Origin: an uncultured delta proteobacterium | GTDB lineage: Bacteria; Myxococcota; Myxococcia; Myxococcales; Myxococcaceae | NCBI GenBank assembly: GCA_963776345.1 | Contig: CAVZMH010000001.1 | Span: 32,001 to 96,000, forward strand | Direction: 5' to 3' | Length of the DNA: 64,000 nucleotides | Shown here: positions 22,820 through 31,940 of the stretch, one piece after another | How the letters are laid out: each line of letters begins with the position of its first letter | How positions within the stretch are numbered: the first letter of the stretch is position 1 | Position numbers and translations under genes: made by a program | Notes under the pieces: generated by a model | Database searches by the model: none | Told to the model about the DNA's origin: nothing | Seen by the model: the letters and a program-made list of their open reading frames with translations, nothing else

Positions 22820-22903
22820 AGCGACGTCGAGGCGGCCCGCCGTCCTGGGGCCACGGGGCGCCGTGGGTTCACTCTCCCCTCCCCACGGCGCCTCGTTTTT
22901 TTT
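22820..22903 (+). ncRNA. Candidate sigma54-dependent small RNA (~84 nt), Pxr-like organisation
   Basis: Lies between the sigma54 promoter and an intrinsic terminator, contains no usable ORF, and has a C/U-rich terminator loop. Confidence 0.55.
22853..22903 (+). terminator. Intrinsic terminator with 14-nt C/U-rich loop
   Basis: 15-bp stem ACGGGGCGCCGTGGG / CCCACGGCGCCTCGT (one G-U pair), loop TTCACTCTCCCCTC, run of 8 T at 22896-22903. Confidence 0.9.
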
Positions 22904-22904
22904 G

Positions 22905-23711
22905 TCAGTAGCTGTCGCTGGAACCGCCGCCGCCGCCCTCGCCACCGCCGCCGCCGGAGAAGCCGCTCCCACCGTCTCCGCCTCCGCCGAAGCCGCCACC
23001 TCCGCCTCCCCAGCCGCCGCCGTCTCCCCCACCGCCCCAGCCGCCCCCGATGAACGGCGGGCCGCCCCAGTAGGTGCGGCGACGCGGGTGCCGGCTCGCG
23101 CGAAGGAGGAGCATCAGGACGACGAAGAGGATGAAGCCCCAGAAGCAGAGGTCGAACCAGTGGGGCAGCACGACCGGGGGCTGCTGCCAGTCGGGCGGGC
23201 GCTGGCCGGCAGGACGGCGCGTGGTGCCCGAGCCCGAGAGCGCCTCGGTGATCCCGTCCACCCCCGCCAGGATCGCGTCGTGGACCCGCTCCTGTCGCAT
23301 CAGCGGGGCGATGCGCCGCCGGATGATGTCGTTCGACTGGAGGTCGGTGAGGTCTCCCCCCACGCCCTTGCCGGTCTCGATGCGGATGCGGCGCTCGCCG
23401 GTCGCGATGACCAGGACCACGCCGTTGTCCTTGCCCTTCTGTCCCGGGCGCCAGGTCTGGATGAGCTGGTACCCGACGTCCTCGATGGGCTCCCCCTCCA
23501 GCGAGGGAGTCACCAGGACGAAGATCTGCTTGGTGGTGCGGCGCTCGTAGTCACCGAGCCGGTTGTTGAGGTCCGTCAGCTCCGCCTGGCTGAGCAGGCC
23601 CGCGGTGTCGGTGACGTAGTCGGTCTGCTTCGGGACGTTGAAGGCCCGGGCGGAACCGGCGACGAGGAGGAGCAGGGTCGCGCAGAGCGGGCCCCAGGCC
23701 CGCGCCCGCAT
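22905..23711 (-). CDS. TPM domain protein (YgcG-like) with Gly-rich tail
   Basis: Signal peptide; VTDTAGLLS, KGKDNGVVLVIA, RIETGKG; TM; GGGGEGGGGGSSDSY tail; overlaps the lemA stop. Confidence 0.9.
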   Translation of the reverse strand: MRARAWGPLCATLLLLVAGSARAFNVPKQTDYVTDTAGLLSQAELTDLNNRLGDYERRTTKQIFVLVTPSLEGEPIEDVGYQLIQTWRPGQKGKDNGVVLVIATGERRIRIETGKGVGGDLTDLQSNDIIRRRIAPLMRQERVHDAILAGVDGITEALSGSGTTRRPAGQRPPDWQQPPVVLPHWFDLCFWGFILFVVLMLLLRASRHPRRRTYWGGPPFIGGGWGGGGDGGGWGGGGGGFGGGGDGGSGFSGGGGGEGGGGGSSDSY

Positions 23712-24304
23712 CAGAAGGTCACCTTGGGCGCCTGCGTGGCGTCCGCGGAGGCCTGGAAGTACACCCGCGGCTTGAACGTGCCGCCCGTGACGCGCTTCAC
23801 CACTGCTCCGCGGATCTTCCCGAGCTCGGTGTTGTAGTCCCGCACGGCGTCGTTGTACTGCTCGCGCGAGCGGAGGATCCGGTTCTCGGTGCCCTCGAGC
23901 TGGACCTGCAGGTCGTGGAACTGGGCATTGGCCTTCAGATCCGGGTAGGCCTCGTTCACCAAGAGGAGCCGTGAGAGCGCGCCCTTCAGCTGGTCCTGGG
24001 CCTTCTGGAAGGCGGCGACCTTCTCCGGATCCTGAAGGTCCTCGGCGCTGAGCGTGATGCCGGTCGCCCGGGCGCGCGCCTCCGCGACGTCGGTCAGCGT
24101 CTTCTCCTCGTGCTGGGCCGAGGCTTTCACCGTGGCCACCAGGTTGGGCACGAGGTCCGAGCGGCGCTGCAGCTGGGCCTGATAGTCCGCCCACTTCGCG
24201 TCGCAGACCTGATCCTTGGCGATCAGCTGGTCGTACTGGTTGCAGCCGGCCAGGGCGAACAGTCCCACGGCGGCCACGAGGGAGATGGGGGCGCGGGTCG
24301 TCAT
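23711..24304 (-). CDS. lemA: LemA family protein
   Basis: QRRSDLVPNLVATVK, YPDLKAN, LEGTENRI, YNDAVRDYN. Confidence 0.95.
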   Translation of the reverse strand: MTTRAPISLVAAVGLFALAGCNQYDQLIAKDQVCDAKWADYQAQLQRRSDLVPNLVATVKASAQHEEKTLTDVAEARARATGITLSAEDLQDPEKVAAFQKAQDQLKGALSRLLLVNEAYPDLKANAQFHDLQVQLEGTENRILRSREQYNDAVRDYNTELGKIRGAVVKRVTGGTFKPRVYFQASADATQAPKVTF

Positions 24305-24436
24305 GGCGTCACCCTAACGCCCACCATGTGCGCACGTGCAAGGGAACTTTCGGTCGGGGGTGTGCCTCCCCGGCGTCCCGGCAGGCAGACGCAAGTCCCG
24401 TCGGGACATTAGGATTCCGGCTCGTACCCGCCGACG

Positions 24437-26398
24437 ATGCGACCTGCCCCTTCTACGCCGACGAGCTCAGCGTGGACGCGCACACCCGTGCCGCGTCCGC
24501 CCAGTGCCCGGCGTGCGCGCCGGCGGCGCTGGAGGCGCTGGAGGCAGCGGGCGGCGATCATCGCGCTCGCGCTGGTGGGCGCCGTCACCGTCCTCCACTC
24601 GGTCCTCAACTCCTCGATGGTCCGGATGCGGCTCCGGGACAAGGTGGAGGCCGCGCTGGCGGCGCGACTGGGCGGCGTGGAGCTGGGGAGCCACAGCGAC
24701 GTGGACTGGGGCCTCCGGCTGAGCTTCGGCCCGGTGCGCATCTCGCCCGAGCCCGGCGCGCCGGTGGTGGTGGAGATCGAGCGGGTGCGCGTCCGGCCGC
24801 GGTGGACGTCCCTGCTCGCCGGTCGGCTCGAGCCGGGGCTGGTGCAGCTCCGCACCGTGGTCCTGCGCCCGGGTACCCACCTCGAGGGCCTGCGGGCGCT
24901 GGCGAAGCGGCTGCAATCGAAGCCGGCCGCGCCGCCGAAGGAGAACTCCGCGGCCGCGTCCACCGGCCCGCGCCTGCCGCGGCTCGAGGTGGTGGACCTG
25001 CGCATCGAGCTGGTCTCGAGCCAGGACGGCCATCCGCTGGACCTCGGCGCGTGGGACGCGCAGGTGGAGGTGACCGGAGGTCCATCCGCCCGCGCGCTGG
25101 ACGTCGCGGTGCAGCGGGACGGCGGCGGGGAGGCCCGGTCCACCGTCCGCTGGGCGCGTGACCAGCCGTTCCAGGTGGAGGCGGGCCTGGAGGGCATGCC
25201 CCTCCGGCCGCTGATCGAGCTCCTTGGGCAGAAGGTCGGGGTGCGCGCCACCGCCGGCTCGGTGACCGCCCGGATCAACGGGCTCGTTCCGCCGGACCTC
25301 AAGCGCGGCGAGCTCGAGGTGGAGGGCCGCATCGACGGGCTCTTCCTCGAGGGCAACCGTCTGGCCACCGAGCCCGTCGGCCCGTGGCGCCTGTCGGGCG
25401 CGGGGACCGTGGACTGGGACCGCGGCTCGCGCGAGGTCCGGCTCCGCGACGGCCACATCGGCTTCGGCGAGAACGACTCGTTGCGGGTCAACCTCGAGGG
25501 TGTGTACGAGGGCACCCGCGTGCCCCGCTTCCGCGCCGAGGCGCGGGTCGACCAGCTCCGTTACCAGGACGCCGTCGACGCGCTGCCGCCGCAGTTCAGC
25601 CTGGGCAACGAGGCGCCGCGCATCCCCGGGCTGCTCGACGCGAGGGTCCGCGTCTCGGGGCCGGTGCGCGACCCCGAGCAGTGGGCGGCGGAGGTGAAGC
25701 TCGACCTGGCCGGGCTCCGCGCGGTGGCCAAGGCGACGCCCTTCTTCCTCCGCGGTCCCTTCATCTACCGGCCGGTGGACGCCGCCGGGCACACCCGGGA
25801 AATCTGGGTCGGGCCGCAGAACCCGAACTTCGTCCCCATCTCGGACTTGCCCCGGTACGTCTCCCGCGCGGTGACCACCAGCGAGGACGCCGGCTTCTGG
25901 TTCCACCCCGGCTTCGACTTCGACGAGATGAGGGAGAGCCTCATCGACGCCGCGGAGGGCAGCCGGGTCCGGGGCGCGTCCACGCTCACCCAGCAGCTGG
26001 CAAAGAACCTCTTCCTCTCCCGCGAGCGGACCTTCGCCCGGAAGGTGCGCGAGGCGCTCTTTACCCTGGCGCTGGAGGCCTCGCTCCCCAAGGCGCGGCT
26101 GATGGAGATCTACCTGAACATCATCGAGTGGGGCCCGGGCCTCTACGGGCTGGGCGAGGCCTCGCGGCACTACTTCGGGGTGAACCCCAGGAACCTCAGC
26201 GTCCAGCAGGCCGCCTTCCTGGCGACCATCATCCCCAATCCGGTGAAGTACCACGCGTTCTACGAGAAGGGCCGGCTCAGCCCTCAGTGGCAGCACCGCG
26301 TCCGGACCCTCGTCCGGAAGCTGGAGTCGAACGGGATCATCGACTCCACGCAGGCGTTCCAGGCCGAGGTCACCCCGGTGAGGTTCCGGCGGGACTGA
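24437..26398 (+). CDS. Peptidoglycan transglycosylase (GT51, monofunctional) with long N-terminal extension; start uncertain
   Basis: SEDAGFWFHPGFD, RGASTLTQQLAKNLFL, RKVREA, EIYLNIIEWG; N-terminal TM. Confidence 0.88.
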   Translation: MRPAPSTPTSSAWTRTPVPRPPSARRARRRRWRRWRQRAAIIALALVGAVTVLHSVLNSSMVRMRLRDKVEAALAARLGGVELGSHSDVDWGLRLSFGPVRISPEPGAPVVVEIERVRVRPRWTSLLAGRLEPGLVQLRTVVLRPGTHLEGLRALAKRLQSKPAAPPKENSAAASTGPRLPRLEVVDLRIELVSSQDGHPLDLGAWDAQVEVTGGPSARALDVAVQRDGGGEARSTVRWARDQPFQVEAGLEGMPLRPLIELLGQKVGVRATAGSVTARINGLVPPDLKRGELEVEGRIDGLFLEGNRLATEPVGPWRLSGAGTVDWDRGSREVRLRDGHIGFGENDSLRVNLEGVYEGTRVPRFRAEARVDQLRYQDAVDALPPQFSLGNEAPRIPGLLDARVRVSGPVRDPEQWAAEVKLDLAGLRAVAKATPFFLRGPFIYRPVDAAGHTREIWVGPQNPNFVPISDLPRYVSRAVTTSEDAGFWFHPGFDFDEMRESLIDAAEGSRVRGASTLTQQLAKNLFLSRERTFARKVREALFTLALEASLPKARLMEIYLNIIEWGPGLYGLGEASRHYFGVNPRNLSVQQAAFLATIIPNPVKYHAFYEKGRLSPQWQHRVRTLVRKLESNGIIDSTQAFQAEVTPVRFRRD

Positions 26399-26462
26399 GC
26401 GCCGTCCTCTCGCCGGGGACGAGTGGGTTGCGCGCGGTGGCGCCTGCGTTACGTAACTTCCC

Positions 26463-26672
26463 ATGTTGAATGGGACCTTCGATCGTCAGGGCGAGGCCGC
26501 CGACTTCACCCTCCCCACCGGCTGTCCGCTGTGCGGTGGGGAGCTGGCCGTGCGGATGACTCCTGGCATCAGCTACAGCTACTGCGCGCACTGCCACTGG
26601 CTCTCGCGTTCGCACGTGGCGGTCGGGCCGGACAGCGTCCGCGTCGGGCATCCGCCCGGCGGGCTCGTCTGA
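26463..26672 (+). CDS. Small Zn-ribbon protein
   Basis: 69 aa with CPLC and CAHC; fills the gap between neighbours exactly. Confidence 0.7.
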   Translation: MLNGTFDRQGEAADFTLPTGCPLCGGELAVRMTPGISYSYCAHCHWLSRSHVAVGPDSVRVGHPPGGLV

Positions 26673-26674
26673 GC

Positions 26675-27427
26675 TCACTTCCCGAGCAGGGCTGGAAGCA
26701 GCGTCCCGCTCGGGCCTTCCCGGACGTGGTCGAAGCGGCCCGCGTTGTCGGCCCGCTCCGCGTTCACCAGCCAGGTCTCCGCGCCCCGGGCCCTGGCCAG
26801 GTCGACGAATCCAGCCGCGGGCCACACGGCTCCCGAGGTCCCCGCGGCGAGGAAGACCAGGCGTCCCCCGCGCCAGCGCTCGAGGAAGTCGTCCACCGCC
26901 TCGAGGTGCGCCGGGTCGAGCGTCTCCCCGAACCACACCACCGCCGGTCGGAGCGCCTCGCCGCAGCGCTCGCAGCGCGGCACCGTGCCCTCCGGGTAGG
27001 CGGTCTCGTCCGGGGTCTCGGGCCGGATGCACTTCGAGCAGCGCGTGCCGAGCAGCCGGCCGTGGATCTCGACCAGCCGCTCGCTCCCGGCGCGCCGGTG
27101 CAGGCCATCCACGTTCTGGGTGACGAGCAGGAAGCGCTCGCCCATTCGCCGCTCGACCTCGACCAGGGCGCGGTGACCCGCGTTCGGCCGTGTGGCCAGC
27201 GCCGCCTCGCGCCGCTCGGAGTAGAAGCGCCAGACGAGCGCCGGGTCGGCGTGAAATCCCTCGGGCGAGGCCAGCCGCTGGAAGGCGTGCGATCGCCAGA
27301 GGCCGCCCGAGCCGCGGTAGGTGGGGAGCCCGCTCTCGGCCGAGACGCCGGCGCCGGTCAGGACCAGCAGCGCCGAGTCCGGCCCCAGCCTGAGCTCACC
27401 CTCACTGGATGAAGTATCCGGCGCCAC
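26675..27427 (-). CDS. cobB: NAD-dependent protein deacylase (Sir2/CobB, class III-like); start uncertain
   Basis: GAGVSAESGLPTYRG, FYSERR (YxxR), TQNVDGLH, EIHG, CSKC/CERC, LRPAVVWFGE, GTS. Confidence 0.9.
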   Translation of the reverse strand: MAPDTSSSEGELRLGPDSALLVLTGAGVSAESGLPTYRGSGGLWRSHAFQRLASPEGFHADPALVWRFYSERREAALATRPNAGHRALVEVERRMGERFLLVTQNVDGLHRRAGSERLVEIHGRLLGTRCSKCIRPETPDETAYPEGTVPRCERCGEALRPAVVWFGETLDPAHLEAVDDFLERWRGGRLVFLAAGTSGAVWPAAGFVDLARARGAETWLVNAERADNAGRFDHVREGPSGTLLPALLGK

Positions 27428-27818
27428 GGAATCGTCCGCCTGCGTCGAGCATCGTGGTGACGGTCTCCCGGGCGCGCTCCTTGTGCTCGAACCGGGTCTC
27501 GTAGATGACGACGACGTACGTCCCGTCGGGGGCCCCCGGCAGCGCGTGGGTCAGCTGCTTCGAGGCGAGCTTCCGCGAGACGAGCTTGCCCAGCGGCTCA
27601 CGCGCCGCCGCGGCCTGCTTCTCCCACGTCGACCGGGGAACGGCCTTGCGGAACATCGCCGAGGCCTCGTCCCACGAGGCGCCGTACTGACCGGCGTCGA
27701 TGAGCTTGAGCCAGGCCTCGGCCGCCTGGACCCCGGCGGCCTCGCTCGCCTCGGCGGCGTGGGCCGCCGCAGCGGTGGCGGCCAGCAGGAGGCAGGTCAG
27801 CGCGAGCGCACGGGTCAT
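27402..27818 (-). CDS. Exported DUF4019-like protein
   Basis: Signal peptide; WLKLIDAGQYGASW, LPGAPDGTYVV, GYFIQ C-terminus. Confidence 0.82.
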   Translation of the reverse strand: MTRALALTCLLLAATAAAAHAAEASEAAGVQAAEAWLKLIDAGQYGASWDEASAMFRKAVPRSTWEKQAAAAREPLGKLVSRKLASKQLTHALPGAPDGTYVVVIYETRFEHKERARETVTTMLDAGGRFRGAGYFIQ

Positions 27819-27896
27819 CGAGTCACTCCCCCGGGGTGGAGGAGCATGCCCGAGCAGAGGGCGATGGGCGAGTTCGTCGGCCCCGGGGCGCTCGCC

Positions 27897-29096
27897 TCAG
27901 ACCCGGGCCGCGCCGCGGCGTGCCAGGTGCGTCACCGCCTCCCCGAGCCCCCCGAGTGTCAGCGGGTACATCGGGAACACCTTGCGGATGGTCCGCACCG
28001 TCTGCGCCCACCAGGCGCTCTGCGGCTCCGGGTTCAGCCACACGTGGCGGTGGAAGTGCTCGGCGAGCTGCATCAGCCAGACGATGCCCTCGGGCCCGTC
28101 CGGATCGAACAGGTCCGTTCCGCTCGAGCGGAGCATCAGCTCGTACGGCGCCATCAGCGCGTCGCCGACCATCACCAGCTTCCAGTGCGGGCCGCAGTCG
28201 GCGAGGAGGCTCGGCAGGGGAATGGGATCCGAGAACCGCTCCGTCCGGTACACCCGCCCGTAGACGCAGTTGTGAAAGTAGTGGGTCCGCAGCTCCTTGA
28301 AGTGCGTGGCCTGCTTCGCCGCGCTGAACAGCCGGTCGACCACGTGGGCATGCGGGGTCATCGAGCCGCCCACGTCGAGGAGGAGCAGCACCCGGGTGTC
28401 CGGCCGGCGCGGGGGCCGGAGCACCACCTCCAGCTCGCCGGCGTTCCGGGCGGTGGCGTCGATGGTCTCCTCCAGGTCCAGCTCGTCCGGCGCTCCCTCG
28501 CGGGTGAAGGCCCGGAGCTTCCGCAGCGCCATGCCCATCGCCCGGGTGTCCAGCACCTGGTCGTCCCGGTAGCCACGGTACAGCCGCGCGTCCGCCGTCT
28601 TCAGAGCGCTGCGCCCGCCGCCCTCGCCCTCGATGCGGAAGCCCTCCGGCGCTGTGGCCTGTCCGGCGTTCCCGAACGGCGAGGTGCCGCGGGTGCCGAT
28701 CCACCGGTTGCCGCCGTCGTGGCGCTCTCGCTGCTCGCGCATCCGCTGCTCGAACAGCGCTTGCAGCGTTCCGGCATCGAGCGCGTCCAGGGCGGCCGAC
28801 TCCTCCGGCGAGCGCTCCCGGGGTGGTTTCTCCGCCGCGTCCCGCAGCCACTCCAGCAGCGCCTCCGCCAGCGCCTCTCCCTTCTCCTCCACGCCTTTGA
28901 AGTGGGAGAGGAACGCCTGGTCGAACGCATCCAGGTGCGCCTCGGTGTGCACGCAGAGCGCGCGGGCCACCTCGTAGAAGCCGTCCAGCGAGCTGTCGTG
29001 CAGGCCGACCTCCAGCGCCCGGGCGAGCGCCAGCGCCTCCTGCGCCCCGACCGGCACTTTCCGCCGCCTCAGCTCGTAGAGGAACCCGACGAACAC
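27897..29096 (-). CDS. vWA domain protein (CoxE-like partner of MoxR)
   Basis: HDGGNRWIGTRGTSPFG, LLLDVGGSM, YFHNCVY, VGDALMAPYEL, WLNP. Confidence 0.88.
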   Translation of the reverse strand: MFVGFLYELRRRKVPVGAQEALALARALEVGLHDSSLDGFYEVARALCVHTEAHLDAFDQAFLSHFKGVEEKGEALAEALLEWLRDAAEKPPRERSPEESAALDALDAGTLQALFEQRMREQRERHDGGNRWIGTRGTSPFGNAGQATAPEGFRIEGEGGGRSALKTADARLYRGYRDDQVLDTRAMGMALRKLRAFTREGAPDELDLEETIDATARNAGELEVVLRPPRRPDTRVLLLLDVGGSMTPHAHVVDRLFSAAKQATHFKELRTHYFHNCVYGRVYRTERFSDPIPLPSLLADCGPHWKLVMVGDALMAPYELMLRSSGTDLFDPDGPEGIVWLMQLAEHFHRHVWLNPEPQSAWWAQTVRTIRKVFPMYPLTLGGLGEAVTHLARRGAARV

Positions 29097-29103
29097 CCCT
29101 CGC

Positions 29104-29943
29104 TCACCCCCGCGCCCGGCGCGCGCCCGCGGCCTCGGCCAGCGCCTCGAGGTCCTGCTCTTTCTTGAGCAGCGCGCCCACGAAGGGGAGCTGGGCCTCG
29201 AGCTTCAGGTTGTCGACGCCCGCGGCCTGCAGCACGGCCAGCCAGTCCACCAGCTCGCTGGTGCTGGGGCGCTTCCGGAGGCGGGTCAGCGCGCGGAGCT
29301 GGAAGAAGACCTCCAGCGCCTGATCCACCAGGTCGTCGTCCAGCGAGGGGTGATGCACCCGGACGATGCGCTTCATCAGCTCGGCGTCGGGGAAGTCGAT
29401 GAAGTGGAACACGCAGCGGCGGAGGAAGGCGTCCGGCAGCTCCTTCTCGTTGTTGCTGGTGATGACCACCACCGGTCGCTCGGCGGCGACGATCTCCTCG
29501 TCGGTCTCCATCACCCGGAACCGCATCCGGTCCAGCTCGTGGAGCAGGTCGTTGGGGAACTCGAGGTCCGCCTTGTCGACCTCGTCGATGAGCAGCACCA
29601 CCCGGCCCTTCGACCGGAACGCCTGCCCCAGGGGCCCCCAGCGAATGTAGTGGGCGACGTCCTTCACGTCGCCGTCGCCGAAGCGGCTGTCGTGGAGCCG
29701 CTGCACGGTGTCGTAGACGTAGAGCCCGTCCTGGGCCCGGGTGGTGCTCTTCACGTGCCAGGTCAAGAGCGGCAGCCCGAGCGCGGTGGCGATGGCCTCG
29801 GCCAGCAGCGTCTTGCCGGTGCCCGGCTCGCCCTTGACCAGGAGCGGTCGCTCGAGGGCCAGCGCGCAGTTCACCGCGGCCTGAAGCGCGGGGTTGGTGA
29901 GGTAGCGGTCGGTGCCGGTGAAGCGTCGGAAGGCGGTGGGCAT
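29104..29943 (-). CDS. MoxR-family AAA+ ATPase
   Basis: GEPGTGKT, LLIDEVDKAD, ITSNNEKELPDAFLRRC. Confidence 0.93.
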   Translation of the reverse strand: MPTAFRRFTGTDRYLTNPALQAAVNCALALERPLLVKGEPGTGKTLLAEAIATALGLPLLTWHVKSTTRAQDGLYVYDTVQRLHDSRFGDGDVKDVAHYIRWGPLGQAFRSKGRVVLLIDEVDKADLEFPNDLLHELDRMRFRVMETDEEIVAAERPVVVITSNNEKELPDAFLRRCVFHFIDFPDAELMKRIVRVHHPSLDDDLVDQALEVFFQLRALTRLRKRPSTSELVDWLAVLQAAGVDNLKLEAQLPFVGALLKKEQDLEALAEAAGARRARG

Positions 29944-29949
29944 GGGGCG

Positions 29950-30687
29950 TCAGGAGGGGAGCAGGCTCCCCAGGAGCTGGGCCACCCGGTCGAGGGCGTC
30001 CGGGTGCACGGTGTGGGGGCCGTCGAAGGGGATGAACTCGACGGCCAGCCCGGCGGCGGTCAGGAGGTCCCGCAGCGCCTCGCCCTCGGAGTAGGGCAGG
30101 ATCGGATCCTGCCGCCCGTGGGAGAGGATGACCGGAAGGCCGGTGCGGCGCGGGGCGAGCTTCCTCCAGGTGTCGGCGGTGATGAGGACCGAGCTCAGGC
30201 CCACCAGAGCCGCAGGCCGATGCTCCCAGTGCAACGCGAGGTCCGTGGCCAGCATCCCGCCCTGGCTGAACCCGCCGAGCACCACCCGCTCCGGTCCAAG
30301 CCCCGAGCCTGCGAGGAGCGCCTCGATGCACCCTTGCAGCTTCCGGCGGGCCGACGCCAGACCCTCGGGAACGTCGTTCCGGAGCCGCTCCCGGCCCTCG
30401 GCGCTCCCGGAGAGCATCGACAGCCTGGCCCAGTCCAGTGGCCACCAGGCCCGCGAGTCCCCCCAGGCCGCGACCCCCATGCTCAGGGGCGCCGCGGGGA
30501 AGGCGAAGCGCACCGGAGCGAGCCGCCGCTCCCGCTCCAGCAGCTCGGGGACGAACGGCACCAGGTCCTCCCCGGACGCTCCGTACCCGTGACAGAACAC
30601 CACCAGCAGCGGCGGCCGGGCGCCGGCCTCCGGCTGCACCACGTGCACCTCCAGCTCGCCGGCGGTGCTGGTGACCACGTCGTTCAT
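29950..30687 (-). CDS. Phospholipase/carboxylesterase (alpha/beta hydrolase)
   Basis: CHGYGA, GFSQGG, HGRQDPILP, FDGPH. Confidence 0.9.
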   Translation of the reverse strand: MNDVVTSTAGELEVHVVQPEAGARPPLLVVFCHGYGASGEDLVPFVPELLERERRLAPVRFAFPAAPLSMGVAAWGDSRAWWPLDWARLSMLSGSAEGRERLRNDVPEGLASARRKLQGCIEALLAGSGLGPERVVLGGFSQGGMLATDLALHWEHRPAALVGLSSVLITADTWRKLAPRRTGLPVILSHGRQDPILPYSEGEALRDLLTAAGLAVEFIPFDGPHTVHPDALDRVAQLLGSLLPS

Positions 30688-30734
30688 GAAGTCCTCTCCA
30701 CGCTAGCAGAGCATGGTAAGGCCCAGGGTCGGCC

Positions 30735-31928
30735 ATGGCTCGCTCGCAAGTCCTGGTGACGGTCACCGGCTCGGATCAACCCGGCATCACCGCACGGCTC
30801 ACCGGCATCATCGCCACCAGCACCGCCTCGCTGCTGGACATCGAGCAGGTCGTCGTCCACGGGCAGCTGACGCTCGCCCTCCTGCTCGCCCTCGACGATG
30901 ACGACGGGCTCCTCAAGGACCTCCTCTTCGCCGCCAAGTCGCTCGGGGTCGAGCTGGACTTCGCGCCGGTCGACCCGGGCGACCCGGGCGCGCCTCCGGA
31001 CACCCAGCGCTTCGTGGTGACCGTCATCGGGCGCTCGCTCGGGGCGCGGGAGATCCACGCGGTGGCCAGCACTCTGGCCGACCACCAGGGGAACATCGAG
31101 CGCATCCACCAGCTGTCCAAGGGCGACCTGGGCTCGGTGGAGATCCACCTCGGGCTCCCGTCGGGGGCCGACCCGGAGCCGCTCAAGCGCGCGCTGCTCG
31201 AGCTGGGGATGCAGGAGAGCTTCGACGTCGCGCTCCAGCGCGAGGGCCTGTTCCGGAGGAGCAAGCGGCTGGTGGTGATGGACATGGACAGCACCCTCAT
31301 CCGGATCGAGGTCATCGACGAGCTCGCCCGGGCGCACGGCGTGGCGGACAGGGTCGCGGCCATCACCGAGCGGGCGATGCAGGGCGAGCTGGACTACGAC
31401 GAGTCCCTGCGGCAACGCCTGGGGCTGCTCGAGGGTCTCGACGTCTCGGTCCTGCGGCGCATCGCCTCCGAGCTCCCGCTCACCGAGGGGGCCGAGAAGC
31501 TCATCCAGGTGCTGAAGCGCCTCGGCTACCGGACCGCGGTCATCTCCGGCGGGTTCTCCATCGCCGCCGAGGCGCTCAAGGCGCGGCTGGGCATCGACTA
31601 CGCGTACTCCAACACGCTCGAGGTCGCCGGCGGGAAGCTCACCGGCCGGGTCGTCGGGCCCATCGTCAACGGCAAGCGCAAGGCCGAGCTGCTCGAGGTC
31701 ATCGCCCAGGCCGAGGGCGTGCTCCTCGACCAGACCATCGCCGTCGGCGACGGAGCCAACGACGTCCCGATGCTAGAGAAGGCGGGGCTGGGCATCGCCT
31801 TCCGGGCGAAGAAGACGCTCCGCGAGCGCGCCGACACCTCGCTCTCCGCCACCGGCCTCGACGCCATCCTCTACCTCCTGGGCATCAGCGCCGAGGAGCT
31901 GCAGGACGCCACGGCCCGGTTCGGGTAA
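30735..31928 (+). CDS. serB: Phosphoserine phosphatase with ACT domains
   Basis: N-terminal ACT (GSDQPGIT); HAD motifs DMDSTLI, ISGGF, K, GDGAND. Confidence 0.95.
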   Translation: MARSQVLVTVTGSDQPGITARLTGIIATSTASLLDIEQVVVHGQLTLALLLALDDDDGLLKDLLFAAKSLGVELDFAPVDPGDPGAPPDTQRFVVTVIGRSLGAREIHAVASTLADHQGNIERIHQLSKGDLGSVEIHLGLPSGADPEPLKRALLELGMQESFDVALQREGLFRRSKRLVVMDMDSTLIRIEVIDELARAHGVADRVAAITERAMQGELDYDESLRQRLGLLEGLDVSVLRRIASELPLTEGAEKLIQVLKRLGYRTAVISGGFSIAAEALKARLGIDYAYSNTLEVAGGKLTGRVVGPIVNGKRKAELLEVIAQAEGVLLDQTIAVGDGANDVPMLEKAGLGIAFRAKKTLRERADTSLSATGLDAILYLLGISAEELQDATARFG

Positions 31929-31940
31929 AGCAGCGAGTCG

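Noticed and set aside
22905..23060. GCC/GGC trinucleotide-like repeats
   Set aside because: They encode the normal Gly-rich tail of the TPM protein.
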